DNA of 64,000 bases from a virus (Duplodnaviria; Caudoviricetes). Under the pieces are notes generated by a model, which saw nothing but the letters and a program-made list of their open reading frames with translations, did not search any database and had not been told where the DNA came from. Positions 46,803 through 55,808 of this stretch are shown piece after piece. Where the stretch lies: the IMG/VR virus record IMGVR_UViG_3300005076_000002, positions 1 through 64,000 of that record; one strand, 5' to 3'. Within the stretch, counting starts at the first letter, position 1, and the number at the start of each line of letters is the position of its first letter. The position numbers and the translations under genes are program-made.

Positions 46803-48254
46803 ATGATCAACGAATCTACCCTGGTCGCAATTGATCCGTTGTTGACCAAGCTCAACGCTGCGAACGTTTCGGTCGTTGCAAGCAACCAGACACTGCTGGG
46901 TGCCCTGGTACAGGCCAGTAACTCCCCGATCGTTTGTGGCTATCAAGGCGAGTCTGGCTTTACTGAGGCCTGGCTGAAGTCCCTGGATGTCGACATGGTA
47001 TTCGGCGTTGCCGGCCGTCAGGTCATCCCTAACGAGAACGGCGAGATGACTACGCTGTTCGGTAATAGCCTGCACAGCGAGTCCATGGAAGAGGCGGCTA
47101 CTATCGTCTCTACTGCGGTGACTACTGCGCTCGGCTTTACCCGTAACGTCGTTAAGCCGATCTGTGCCACTGTCATCGACGGTATCACCGCCATGATGGA
47201 CGAAGCACAAACCGTCGTCGAGGCTTATGAAATCGTCGATGTGGCACCGCTGGGTGTTTGGGACAGCCCCTTCATCGTAGGTATGCTGGAAAAGTTTGAA
47301 AGCTTCAAAGCTGTCCAGCCGATCAAGCGTGAAGACATCCCTCAGCTGATCGCTCCGGCTAATCTCGAAGAACTGCTCCAGTCCGGTAACAGCCAACTGG
47401 ATAGCGCGGTAGAGCAGATACTGAAAGAAACCGGTCTGACCCCAGTCGATCTGTTCAACAGCGTGTTCAATAGCCTGACTCCGGTCGGTCAACTGCCCCG
47501 TCAGTATTGGATAGAACGTAATCTGATGCTGGCTCAGCTGGTAATGGTTTCGCTGCTGGCCGACAATCCGTGGCCGAACATGGGTATCAGTGGCACTCGC
47601 TGGTCTTCTATCACCAGTCGGATGGAAGTATCTCTGGGCATCGCGTGCAATCTGATGCGCAAGATGCAGATCGAAGACACTACTAATGGTGTGGTAGTTC
47701 TTGGCGGTGACGAGAAAGAAGGTCGCATCTACGTTAACGGCCCGTGCTATGAAAACTATCTGGCAGGTACCGGCACCCCGGAGGTGATCATCGGCGGCTG
47801 GATCAAAACCAAGAGTCCGTATCAGATGACTCCGGCCAAACTGGAAAGCGAGCGCGATGCGTTCCTCCAGGCTTGGACCAGCTACCACAACGCTCGTCAG
47901 TACAGCCAGAATGCCGGCCGTGTGGCTAAGCTGCGTACTGCTATCAATAACCAGCTGATGGTTGCGATCGATAACCTCGATCCGAAGACCCTGAAGCCGG
48001 GCGATACCAAGGTCATTCTGGTTGAGCGTGTTAAGGCTCGCCTGAACGAACTGAAACCGCACCAGATGGGTGATGTCGGTCTGACCGTCATTCACGTTGT
48101 CTGTGATTGCTTCTTCCCCCACACACCGAGTAAGACCCTGCTGCTGCGGATCAACGATCTGTGTAAAGAAGGGGCCGAAGGTGAAGAGGCTGCCACTCAA
48201 GCCGCTATCGAATACGTAGTGGACTGGTTGGCATCCATGGTGATTTACTCCTAA
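46803..48254 (+). CDS. Conserved protein (phiKZ gp177-like)
   Basis: 483 aa; position between vRNAP beta and the gp176/gp175-like genes. Confidence 0.6.
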   Translation: MINESTLVAIDPLLTKLNAANVSVVASNQTLLGALVQASNSPIVCGYQGESGFTEAWLKSLDVDMVFGVAGRQVIPNENGEMTTLFGNSLHSESMEEAATIVSTAVTTALGFTRNVVKPICATVIDGITAMMDEAQTVVEAYEIVDVAPLGVWDSPFIVGMLEKFESFKAVQPIKREDIPQLIAPANLEELLQSGNSQLDSAVEQILKETGLTPVDLFNSVFNSLTPVGQLPRQYWIERNLMLAQLVMVSLLADNPWPNMGISGTRWSSITSRMEVSLGIACNLMRKMQIEDTTNGVVVLGGDEKEGRIYVNGPCYENYLAGTGTPEVIIGGWIKTKSPYQMTPAKLESERDAFLQAWTSYHNARQYSQNAGRVAKLRTAINNQLMVAIDNLDPKTLKPGDTKVILVERVKARLNELKPHQMGDVGLTVIHVVCDCFFPHTPSKTLLLRINDLCKEGAEGEEAATQAAIEYVVDWLASMVIYS

Positions 48255-48266
48255 CCGAGGTACTAG

Positions 48267-48998
48267 ATGGACATCTCTAATTTGAAGCGGGAACCTCAGA
48301 AGGTTCGTGAAACGTTCATTGAGAACAAAAACAATGAACTGATTACAAAGACTGGCTGTACGATTTATGTGCCTGCCAACTATACCGAAAAGGGTCTCGG
48401 TTTCATCGCAGAAGAGGTGTCCATCTTAGGCATCTTCATGGTTGTTATCAAAGGCGGCTACTATGCCGTCTCTGATAAGGCCACTTCGATGGTTACGTTG
48501 GGACAGTGCATTATCGATACTGTCAAGATGGGGCCGGACGAAGAGGAGTATCTCAAGTTTGAGTTTGAACCTGGTGCGGTAGTTCTCAAAACTACGCTGC
48601 TGGTTAAAGACAAAAAGCTTACCAACGCCATCCTCGACTACTTTGTTGACTTTGGTCATGCTCCGTGGTTCTTCAACTACTTGGACTTGGCTGAACTGCT
48701 TCGTGAAACTCCGTACTTCAATGACATTAAGTTGGGGGGTGGTCAACCTGTTTACGACATGATCGTTGCGCCATTGGCGAGAACGCAGAAAGACATAACT
48801 AAATACTACCGGCATTTCATTAAGGTAGATGGCGACGTTTATGGTCGCCCGCTGTTCGTACCTACGCGAGACATTGCTTTGACCACCACGTCGAACCTTG
48901 CATCGCTTAACGGTTCCGAATTACAACGCGGTATTAAGGCAGCCCTGACTCGTGTCGTAGATCGTTCAGAGCCACTGGAAGAACTCTTCATCAAGTAA
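48267..48998 (+). CDS. Conserved protein (phiKZ gp176-like)
   Basis: 243 aa; G..PWF.NY.D motif; directly upstream of the prohead protease. Confidence 0.6.
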   Translation: MDISNLKREPQKVRETFIENKNNELITKTGCTIYVPANYTEKGLGFIAEEVSILGIFMVVIKGGYYAVSDKATSMVTLGQCIIDTVKMGPDEEEYLKFEFEPGAVVLKTTLLVKDKKLTNAILDYFVDFGHAPWFFNYLDLAELLRETPYFNDIKLGGGQPVYDMIVAPLARTQKDITKYYRHFIKVDGDVYGRPLFVPTRDIALTTTSNLASLNGSELQRGIKAALTRVVDRSEPLEELFIK

Positions 48999-49008
48999 CG
49001 GGTGACGT

Positions 49009-49797
49009 ATGACATTGAAATATGCATGTACCGCTCTAGTCGGTACGAACAAATCTGGCGTTGTTAAACCCGACGCCAACGGATACTACCGGATGCTGTT
49101 GGGCGCTTTGAACTTCCCCAACAACAACAAGATCATCTACGACTATGAATCGTCTAAACACGTATTCGAGTCGTCCAACACGTTCATGCGACGCATGACT
49201 GCTGGTAACCTCTACGGTGAGTATGAGCATCCCGACTGGGTAGATGGCTGGTCTTTGGAACAGTTCATGTCACGGGTTCGTTTCATCGACGGCACTAACG
49301 TCTCCCACCACATCCGTGATATCGAGATTGTGAAGGGTCCGATGGAGCAGGGTCGTCAGGTCTATCTGATCTACGGGTCTGTTAAACCTGATCGCATTCA
49401 CGGCCATCTGCTCAAGGCGGCTCTGGAGAACCCGGATCAGAACGTATGTTTCAGCATCCGTTCTATCATCACTGATCGTATCTGGATGGGTCAGCGACTG
49501 CGCACTGTAGACGAACTTATCACCTTCGACTGGGTTACTGAGCCGGGTATTAAGCTTGCTTGCAAGTGGAATGCCCCTGGCTTGGAATCTTACGGTTGTG
49601 AGTTCCTCGGTCAGGAGGACGCCGCTGAAGTGGCTATTCCTTATGACGTTATTGAAAACCTGTACCAGAAAGGTAAAGCATCGGGTGCTCATGTAGGTAT
49701 GGAATCCGAGCAATTTGCCGGGTTGGAAGCCTTGCGTGAGCGACTGGCTAAGAACGGGCACGGAATCGGGAAACCTATCGCGCTCCTGGCTTGGTAA
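49009..49797 (+). CDS. Prohead (head maturation) protease (phiKZ gp175-like)
   Basis: GEYEHP (His), NVSHHI, FSIRS (Ser), TFDWVTEPG (Asp); C-terminal GLE/GME autocleavage-type sites. Confidence 0.88.
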   Translation: MTLKYACTALVGTNKSGVVKPDANGYYRMLLGALNFPNNNKIIYDYESSKHVFESSNTFMRRMTAGNLYGEYEHPDWVDGWSLEQFMSRVRFIDGTNVSHHIRDIEIVKGPMEQGRQVYLIYGSVKPDRIHGHLLKAALENPDQNVCFSIRSIITDRIWMGQRLRTVDELITFDWVTEPGIKLACKWNAPGLESYGCEFLGQEDAAEVAIPYDVIENLYQKGKASGAHVGMESEQFAGLEALRERLAKNGHGIGKPIALLAW

Positions 49798-49812
49798 ATA
49801 TGGACGGGCAAC

Positions 49813-50499
49813 ATGGCTAAGATCGATACTTGGCTTAACAACCAACTGCCCGATATTAAGCGCAATCTGACGGTGGAGAAGGGTTTGGATTTTCTTCATA
49901 TCTCCACCAATGCAACAATAAAGAAGATGCGCCCGCGTATCGGTGACAGGCAAATGAAAGAAGAGGATAGAACCATTCCTCGGATTTGTGGATGCGAAAC
50001 ACTTGTCGGCTGTATCTATGGTCATAGCGGAATTCACCGCCAGACCATGGATGCGGCATTTGGGGAGTTCGAATGGGATGGGATAATCACGGTTTACAAG
50101 TTGGAAATTGACAACTTCGTTAGGCCGAATGATAAGCTCGTCCCGGATGCCGGACGAACCAAGGAATTGTGGATTGTGCCGTACTCTCCTGAAGCCTACG
50201 AGGTGAAAACCCGTAAGGTCGGACGGATGGTGGTGGCACATGCTACTGAGGAGGCTGACGCTGGGGAGGTAGTCCAGAAAAACCTTTTCTATCTGGAAGT
50301 GGGGGAGCCATTTAAGGTTGAAGATGAAGTGTTCGATATCGGACTCTACAGCTTCCGCTTAGACGGTGGTCTGTTCCTTACTTCCGATAAGAAATCGAAG
50401 CCAGAATCCATCTATGACATTCGTACGATCACTCCCGGTCTATGGAATGAGACTATCGCCAAAATGAAGAAGATCCATGCGATGCGCAAAAGCGCTTAA
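49813..50499 (+). CDS. phiKZ gp174-like protein; possible ADP-ribosyltransferase fold
   Basis: LHIS..PR..ED.T.PRIC..TL.GC..VY..VPD...T.E.W; synteny with the protease. Confidence 0.55.
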   Translation: MAKIDTWLNNQLPDIKRNLTVEKGLDFLHISTNATIKKMRPRIGDRQMKEEDRTIPRICGCETLVGCIYGHSGIHRQTMDAAFGEFEWDGIITVYKLEIDNFVRPNDKLVPDAGRTKELWIVPYSPEAYEVKTRKVGRMVVAHATEEADAGEVVQKNLFYLEVGEPFKVEDEVFDIGLYSFRLDGGLFLTSDKKSKPESIYDIRTITPGLWNETIAKMKKIHAMRKSA

Positions 50500-50528
50500 C
50501 TTGGTGAAAAAGAAATAAGGCGGTAATC

Positions 50529-50840
50529 ATGGCCACAACAAGTATAAACCTGCCAATTCCCGAGTCGGTGTTTCGGCTTGGTGAAAACGTTGTCGAAAAT
50601 CTGGTGGTGGCGGGCATCACCAAAGATGTAACCATTGACGACATTGAAACAGTTCTGACTAACCACTGTAAAAAAGATAAGCGTCATGTCAAAGCGCTTA
50701 TCCGTATCGTTGACTCGGAGTCGCTGGTCAACCTGAACCGCGAGCTGAAAGGTTTGCGCGAACAGGTGTTGCCGGAAGATAAGATGAAGATCCGTGCATC
50801 GTACTCTCGTGGATTGTGTCAGGTTTTACATTACAAATAG
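50529..50840 (+). CDS. Hypothetical protein
   Basis: 103 aa, SD AAGGCGG. Confidence 0.65.
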   Translation: MATTSINLPIPESVFRLGENVVENLVVAGITKDVTIDDIETVLTNHCKKDKRHVKALIRIVDSESLVNLNRELKGLREQVLPEDKMKIRASYSRGLCQVLHYK

Positions 50841-50846
50841 TGGAGG

Positions 50847-51374
50847 ATGGTTGTGCGACTGCCGATAGCATATGTAGACTTGGATGGCGTAGGGGCGGAT
50901 TTCATTGCTGGGGTTCTTTCGGCTCTGAACCATTCGATGACTGAAGCTGAGTTTCAGGCCAGACGTGATAGCGACGCAATATTGAAGAAGATATTTGAAC
51001 AAGATGTTCACTTCTTTGCCAAGCTCCCGCCGATTCCTGAATTTCATAAACTGATTGCAGGGTTAGATAAGCTTCCACTGGAGTGGAAGATTCTGACGGC
51101 AACAGGCCAAAACCACCCAAGCTACAAAATCGCTCGAGAGGATAAAATATATTGGTTAGGGAAAACCTTTAACATCCCAAGGAGCAAGGTCATCGTGGTA
51201 GAGCGTTCTGCTGATAAAGCGGTCTACGCTAATCCGCAGGCTGTACTGATCGATGATATGCAGTATAACTGTGATAACTTCACTAAGCGCGGTGGCCACG
51301 CTGTTTTGGTGAAGGATATAGACTATCGTGCAGAAGACATAATCGAATCCATTGTAAAAACAGGAATCGTGTAA
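50847..51374 (+). CDS. HAD-family 5'(3')-deoxyribonucleotidase-like phosphatase
   Basis: DLDGV..DF, ILTA, K..W, LIDD motifs. Confidence 0.85.
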   Translation: MVVRLPIAYVDLDGVGADFIAGVLSALNHSMTEAEFQARRDSDAILKKIFEQDVHFFAKLPPIPEFHKLIAGLDKLPLEWKILTATGQNHPSYKIAREDKIYWLGKTFNIPRSKVIVVERSADKAVYANPQAVLIDDMQYNCDNFTKRGGHAVLVKDIDYRAEDIIESIVKTGIV

Positions 51375-51386
51375 CCACACGATACG

Positions 51387-51413
51387 CTTAGGTGGGGGAA
51401 ACCCCACCTAAGC
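51387..51413 (+). terminator. Stem-loop, probable terminator
   Basis: GCTTAGGTGGGG-GAAA-CCCCACCTAAGC; weak U-tract. Confidence 0.6.
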
Positions 51414-51508
51414 TCCTATATGCGCTTATGCGCCACTTTAAAATAAAAGACAATAAACCATAGCAGTCTAGTTCTATAATTAAGCATGGAGCGATACAGG
51501 CCCATTCT

Positions 51509-51539
51509 AAAAAAGAATGGATATATATTATCATAGTGC
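51509..51539 (+). promoter_or_regulatory. Phage early promoter (variant)
   Basis: AAAAAAGAATGGATATATATTATCATAGTGC matches the repeated motif. Confidence 0.6.
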
Positions 51540-51612
51540 AAGTAATGCTAAAAAATTACTGGCACCACAATATTGTGAACAAAACCCTTACCAAGTAATC
51601 TGGAGAAAACAA

Positions 51613-52026
51613 ATGGATCGTATCGCCAAACTCGAAGCTGCTCTGTCCGCTGCCCTGACCAAGACCGAAGCCGGTGTTCCCACCTTCAGCGCCGAGGCCG
51701 AATCCAAGGTGCGCGAGTTCTGCCCCATCAGCCAAGAGCAAGAAACCGAGTACGGTAAATACGTACAGGATCTCAACGTGGCCGTAAGCCGCGTTGGTGG
51801 CAAAGCCATCATCGAGTACGCCAAGGAAAACGCCGACGTTGGTCACACCGAAATCCGTCTGAAGTCCGGCTTCACCACCCACGGTGTCAGCTTCGCTCGC
51901 CCGACCGTCAAAGACGGTGAGAAAGCCACCAAAGAACAAGTCCGCGACGGCCTGGGTATCCACCTGACCGTAAGTCTGTCTGACAACCTGAAATCTGTTG
52001 CGGACGACCTGGCCGGTCTGTTCTAA
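51613..52026 (+). CDS. Hypothetical early protein
   Basis: ATG 51613 after GGAG; strong codon bias; own promoter and terminator. Confidence 0.75.
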   Translation: MDRIAKLEAALSAALTKTEAGVPTFSAEAESKVREFCPISQEQETEYGKYVQDLNVAVSRVGGKAIIEYAKENADVGHTEIRLKSGFTTHGVSFARPTVKDGEKATKEQVRDGLGIHLTVSLSDNLKSVADDLAGLF

Positions 52027-52040
52027 CAGATCATCTAATT

Positions 52041-52068
52041 AGCCTGGCTTCGGCCAGGCTTTTTATTT
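52041..52068 (+). terminator. Intrinsic terminator
   Basis: AGCCTGGC-TTCG-GCCAGGCT followed by TTTTATTT. Confidence 0.85.
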
Positions 52069-52085
52069 GTCACTGGGGGTAGTCA

Positions 52086-52466
52086 ATGGATTGTACTTTA
52101 TTTAAGGAGTATTTGACAAAAGTAGCGGGTGCATACGTGCCCGTATTTATTAATCCATTTCATCTAGCGGAAGCATTCAATTTTGATCCGCTGGTATGGA
52201 CACTGCTTAGTCCTAAACAAGTCCATGACGTAACGTGTGAACTTGATGCCATAGACGTCTATGCCTACGGTGGTCCGTCGCCATCTACAGATCTTCAAGA
52301 TAAGATCATGGCCTATGCACATTGGTGCGGCATCCAAGCTGCCATAGTTAATAACTTGGCTAGTTATGGTCCTATTTGGACAGCACTCTATGTAGCGCAA
52401 AAAGAAGATGGTGATTTGGCCTACTGGGTTATTAAACCACTCAATGTATTCAAGGGAAAGAAATGA
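52086..52466 (+). CDS. Hypothetical protein, paralog family member 1
   Basis: 126 aa; PVFIN..LSPKQV..YWV. Confidence 0.7.
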   Translation: MDCTLFKEYLTKVAGAYVPVFINPFHLAEAFNFDPLVWTLLSPKQVHDVTCELDAIDVYAYGGPSPSTDLQDKIMAYAHWCGIQAAIVNNLASYGPIWTALYVAQKEDGDLAYWVIKPLNVFKGKK

Positions 52467-52870
52467 ATCGTGAAATGTTAGATCTTTTGAAAGCTCGCAC
52501 TGCTGAGGAAGGACTGCCTATCTTCATCAATCACAGTGCGGTGATTAGAGCATTGGGAACCACTGAGAATATCACGCTGGTTCCGATGACTCTGGAACAA
52601 GTGGGTGAGCTCATGGTCACTGAAGGTGGTCTGAGCATCGACTGTACTGATGCGGAAACACGCGACATCATGTATGGCTATTGCCAACATATGGCCAAGA
52701 AACACGGCGTGCGGTTTGAGCGCTGCAACTTCAGTAATCCGCTGTCCGGTGCAAAGTTGCACAGTGGTGTTTACGTCACTATCCTTGACGACGAGTTGGA
52801 GCTCAATGCAAAATTCGACCCGGTGGTTAGTTTCTGGTACGTGACTACCAAAACAGATTTGATTCGTTAA
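52463..52870 (+). CDS. Hypothetical protein, paralog family member 2
   Basis: 135 aa; PIFIN..MTLEQV..FWY. Confidence 0.7.
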   Translation: MNREMLDLLKARTAEEGLPIFINHSAVIRALGTTENITLVPMTLEQVGELMVTEGGLSIDCTDAETRDIMYGYCQHMAKKHGVRFERCNFSNPLSGAKLHSGVYVTILDDELELNAKFDPVVSFWYVTTKTDLIR

Positions 52871-52882
52871 TAGGGGGCAGTA

Positions 52883-53278
52883 ATGAATGAAGAACGTGTA
52901 ACGGATTTGGCTGATATGTTGGATGGTTGTGCTGCACCATTCTACTTCTCCATGTCTGACATTGCCGTAGCCTTTGGCGATAACAATAACTACATACTGG
53001 AGGCAATGACCGCTAACCAGCTGGCAGAGGTGGGTGAGCGACTCAACTACGCAATGCTTCATTGCACCGAGCAGCAATATCACGGACCTCTGGCTACTGA
53101 ACTGCGCAAGCTCATGCCGGATGTAGAATTCTCCAACGAGGTCTGGGGTGCTGGGGCCGAAGGTGAAGATCGTGTGCCACCCACCGGTTTCCTCGTCACT
53201 GCAAAACGCGACCAACTCGACGATGACAGAGCAGCGCTGAATATCTGGTTAGTGCATACTACCGAGATTATCGACTAG
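52883..53278 (+). CDS. Hypothetical protein, paralog family member 3
   Basis: 131 aa; PFYFS..MTANQL..IWL. Confidence 0.7.
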   Translation: MNEERVTDLADMLDGCAAPFYFSMSDIAVAFGDNNNYILEAMTANQLAEVGERLNYAMLHCTEQQYHGPLATELRKLMPDVEFSNEVWGAGAEGEDRVPPTGFLVTAKRDQLDDDRAALNIWLVHTTEIID

Positions 53279-53314
53279 CCCATTCTCTATGTAGCCCAAA
53301 CCAAGGAGGCTCAC

Positions 53315-53443
53315 ATGAGTACGGGTCAACGTTTTAAAGCACTGCTCAATCTTCTCCTGCGCTTTTTGCGCTGGATCGGTAGTTTCAATAAACCGAAGAA
53401 CCGTTCGCGTCGTAGCAATAAATGGTTGGATATAACTAAGTAA
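53315..53443 (+). CDS. Small cationic amphipathic peptide, 42 aa (not in the ORF track)
   Basis: Strong SD AAGGAGG; MSTGQRFKALLNLLLRFLRWIGSFNKPKNRSRRSNKWLDITK; a terminator follows. Confidence 0.6.
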   Translation: MSTGQRFKALLNLLLRFLRWIGSFNKPKNRSRRSNKWLDITK

Positions 53444-53445
53444 TA

Positions 53446-53476
53446 GCTAGGGGCTAATGCCCCTAGTTCTTTTTTT
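53446..53476 (+). terminator. Intrinsic terminator
   Basis: GCTAGGGGC-TAAT-GCCCCTAGTTC followed by T7; same stem as 7507. Confidence 0.85.
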
Positions 53477-53490
53477 GCCATGATTTGAAT

Positions 53491-53525
53491 AAAAAAGTTT
53501 TCAGACATATATTACCAGAGTGAGA
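53491..53525 (+). promoter_or_regulatory. Phage early promoter
   Basis: AAAAAAGTTTTCAGACATATATTACCAGAGTGAGA with an exact TATATTAC. Confidence 0.8.
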
Positions 53526-53592
53526 TTAGATACTAATCTCTTCCTTCCTAAAGCTATAAGCTTTGGGCTTCTTATCTACTGGAGTAAACATT

Positions 53593-54021
53593 ATGGATAA
53601 ATTCCATTTTACTACCGTCAATGACGGTAGCTTCGTCAGCATCGCTATGATGCTGAAAGAGTTGTCAGATGCCAAAGTGCGCCTGGCAGTGGTCGCCAAC
53701 GGCCTGACTGAGTTTCGCGAATGGGCATACTTTGGCCCTGGCGAACACTTCGTCAATACCGATGGTTCGGTCATCATGTATGACGTCGATCCGACAATCT
53801 TCCAGCCAGTGCTGGAAATGTTGGGTGTAGAGAAGCTGCCAAACAAGCGTGGTTTCTTCACAGACGAGATGTTCGTGATTGCAGTCCGTCGCGATAAGAT
53901 TGACAATGCGGTCGCTAATGGCGAAGTGCTGTCTATCGAAGATGGCGTCGCCCGTCACTGCTTCCCGCTGGAAGATATGCAGTGGGCTGCTGAACGCCAC
54001 GCGGCATTCCTGGACAAATAA
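53593..54021 (+). CDS. Hypothetical early protein
   Basis: ATG 53593 after GGAG. Confidence 0.7.
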   Translation: MDKFHFTTVNDGSFVSIAMMLKELSDAKVRLAVVANGLTEFREWAYFGPGEHFVNTDGSVIMYDVDPTIFQPVLEMLGVEKLPNKRGFFTDEMFVIAVRRDKIDNAVANGEVLSIEDGVARHCFPLEDMQWAAERHAAFLDK

Positions 54022-54072
54022 ACAATCCTGGGATGGCTATAAGCCATCCCTATTTTAATTCTGGAGTTAGTT

Positions 54073-54438
54073 ATGAAAATCATCATCAATGCAGTGCAAG
54101 CATTCATCAACTCTATCCGAGTTGATGTCGAGTTGAACAATCTGACTAAAGAAATGGAGCGGAAGGGACTGTGCTTAACCGACCCCAACCGTATCCACTT
54201 CGTATATGGCATGGATGCCATCGAATGTTACGCCATCACTAAGGGCGGCGTGCGTCGCATTCGCAGTGTGGGATTCAATCCCAAAATCACTGACGGCGCC
54301 AATCACCGAGCTGCTATTAAGGCTGTCCTGCTCCGACACGAGTATAGCCTCGAAAAAGTATATGTCCTGCCAAAAGACGGAGTGGCTGGTAAATGTATTA
54401 AGATGTTTACTACAGCGCCCCGTACCATGGGTGAGTAA
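54073..54438 (+). CDS. Hypothetical protein
   Basis: 121 aa, SD GGAG; flanked by hairpins at about 54030 and 54445. Confidence 0.7.
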   Translation: MKIIINAVQAFINSIRVDVELNNLTKEMERKGLCLTDPNRIHFVYGMDAIECYAITKGGVRRIRSVGFNPKITDGANHRAAIKAVLLRHEYSLEKVYVLPKDGVAGKCIKMFTTAPRTMGE

Positions 54439-54482
54439 TGTATAGGGGTGGTTCGCCACCCCGTTATTTTTTTGGAGAAACT

Positions 54483-54899
54483 ATGAAACGTATGCATGTT
54501 GTTGAATACACCCTTCCCTTTGCAATCGCCAATGTCAGCAAGGACATTCCGGTCAAGCAGGACGAGGTTCTTTACGGCTGGGGTGACGATCGATACCTTC
54601 ATCTGGTAGAAATCCACAACGCACACTTCTGGCATTGTTCTGACCATGTCGGACTTACTTTAGTCGATGGCAATTTTGTTGTGGTATCCATGGCATGCCA
54701 CCCACTTCTTCGCCAGTCGGTAGTAGTCAAAGAACTTAAAGAGCCGATCTATGAGTCGTGGGTGGAGTCGGCCATCTGTTATGATAACGATCACCACGCC
54801 ATCGGCACACGCATTATTTGTCGCGCCTCCTACGCGGGGAAGGCTGATCGTGAAATCATTTTCGATGTATTGGTTTCGTTTGGTGAGAAGTTCGACTGA
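54483..54899 (+). CDS. Hypothetical protein
   Basis: ATG 54483 after GGAG. Confidence 0.7.
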   Translation: MKRMHVVEYTLPFAIANVSKDIPVKQDEVLYGWGDDRYLHLVEIHNAHFWHCSDHVGLTLVDGNFVVVSMACHPLLRQSVVVKELKEPIYESWVESAICYDNDHHAIGTRIICRASYAGKADREIIFDVLVSFGEKFD

Positions 54900-54904
54900 C
54901 AAAT

Positions 54905-54943
54905 AAAAAGCAGGGGCCCGAAGGCCCCTGTTCTTTTTTTTTT
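54905..54943. terminator. Bidirectional terminator (repeat family copy 3)
   Basis: Stem-loop identical to 31689: AAAAAGCAGGGGCC-CGAA-GGCCCCTGTTC followed by a T-tract. Confidence 0.9.
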
Positions 54944-54947
54944 GCCT

Positions 54948-55808
54948 TTAGGCGACTTGTTTCTTAGCAGCGTCAGCTGCACGCTCAAAGAAACCACCGG
55001 CAGTTGCTGCAACGTCAGCATCGATCTTCTCGACGAAGGCACGACGAGTCATGACGTTCAGGCCGCCACGGTTCATCTTGTCCAACTCGTCTTGAGCGAA
55101 CTGCATTACGCCCAGAGAAGTGTCTTGCAGACCAGTCATCGGGATGGACAGCTCGAGAGCTTGACCAGCCGATTGCAGGTCACGACGTGCTTCATCTTGA
55201 CCGTTGTTGCGGGGACCCACGTTGGTCATCAGCCAGGCTTTCTGTACAGAGCGCTGACGGATGTCCGGCTCCAGATACAGAACGTCAGCAGACCACATGT
55301 CCGGCAGGTGATCGCCGATGTCATCACGCAGAGTGTGAATCAACGGGATCATGGCTTCCGGGTCGATCATGCCATAACGGATCCAGATGGTCATCAGGTT
55401 CTGGAACGGCAGGCCGTACTTGTCCATCATCGAGTGAGTCACTTCGGACTGTTGGATGGTGGACTTGTTCACGTCGAACTGACGGTGACCGGCCGGGCCG
55501 ATTTCCTGTTCAACGAAGTCTACGGTGATACCCTTCTGAAGACCGTCGATCTTGGTCTGGATCTCGAAAAAGTTCTTGATCGCGATACGGAAGGTTTCGG
55601 GGTTCGGCATGTAGTCAACCCAACGAGGGAAGCTGACCACTTTACAGATAACGTTACGACTTACGTACGCGGCGTTATTGATGTATTTACCGATGTTCAG
55701 AACGGGGCCGTTTTGGCCCCCGATGAATGCATCGACTACGGGAGTCAGACGAGTGTCTTTAACGAACCCGTTGGCCGTGTCGAGCAAGCGATCACGTACT
55801 CCAGCCAT
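54948..55808 (-). CDS. Tail tube protein (phiKZ gp30-like)
   Basis: 286 aa directly downstream of the sheath; GGQNG, NAAYV..N, DKYG, W..YG..DP, LYLEPD motifs. Confidence 0.8.
   Translation of the reverse strand: MAGVRDRLLDTANGFVKDTRLTPVVDAFIGGQNGPVLNIGKYINNAAYVSRNVICKVVSFPRWVDYMPNPETFRIAIKNFFEIQTKIDGLQKGITVDFVEQEIGPAGHRQFDVNKSTIQQSEVTHSMMDKYGLPFQNLMTIWIRYGMIDPEAMIPLIHTLRDDIGDHLPDMWSADVLYLEPDIRQRSVQKAWLMTNVGPRNNGQDEARRDLQSAGQALELSIPMTGLQDTSLGVMQFAQDELDKMNRGGLNVMTRRAFVEKIDADVAATAGGFFERAADAAKKQVA

Noticed and set aside
42560-48200. 612-aa and 566-aa - strand ORFs
   Set aside because: Shadows of the vRNAP beta and gp177-like genes
51375-51612. Intergenic gap as a tRNA or ncRNA
   Set aside because: No cloverleaf or TTCGA arm; explained by a hairpin, an early promoter and an AT-rich leader
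5305-54943. Recurrent GC-rich palindromes as CRISPR repeats or REP/IS ends
   Set aside because: Dispersed single hairpins with T-tracts at gene ends, consistent with terminators; no spacer array or transposase
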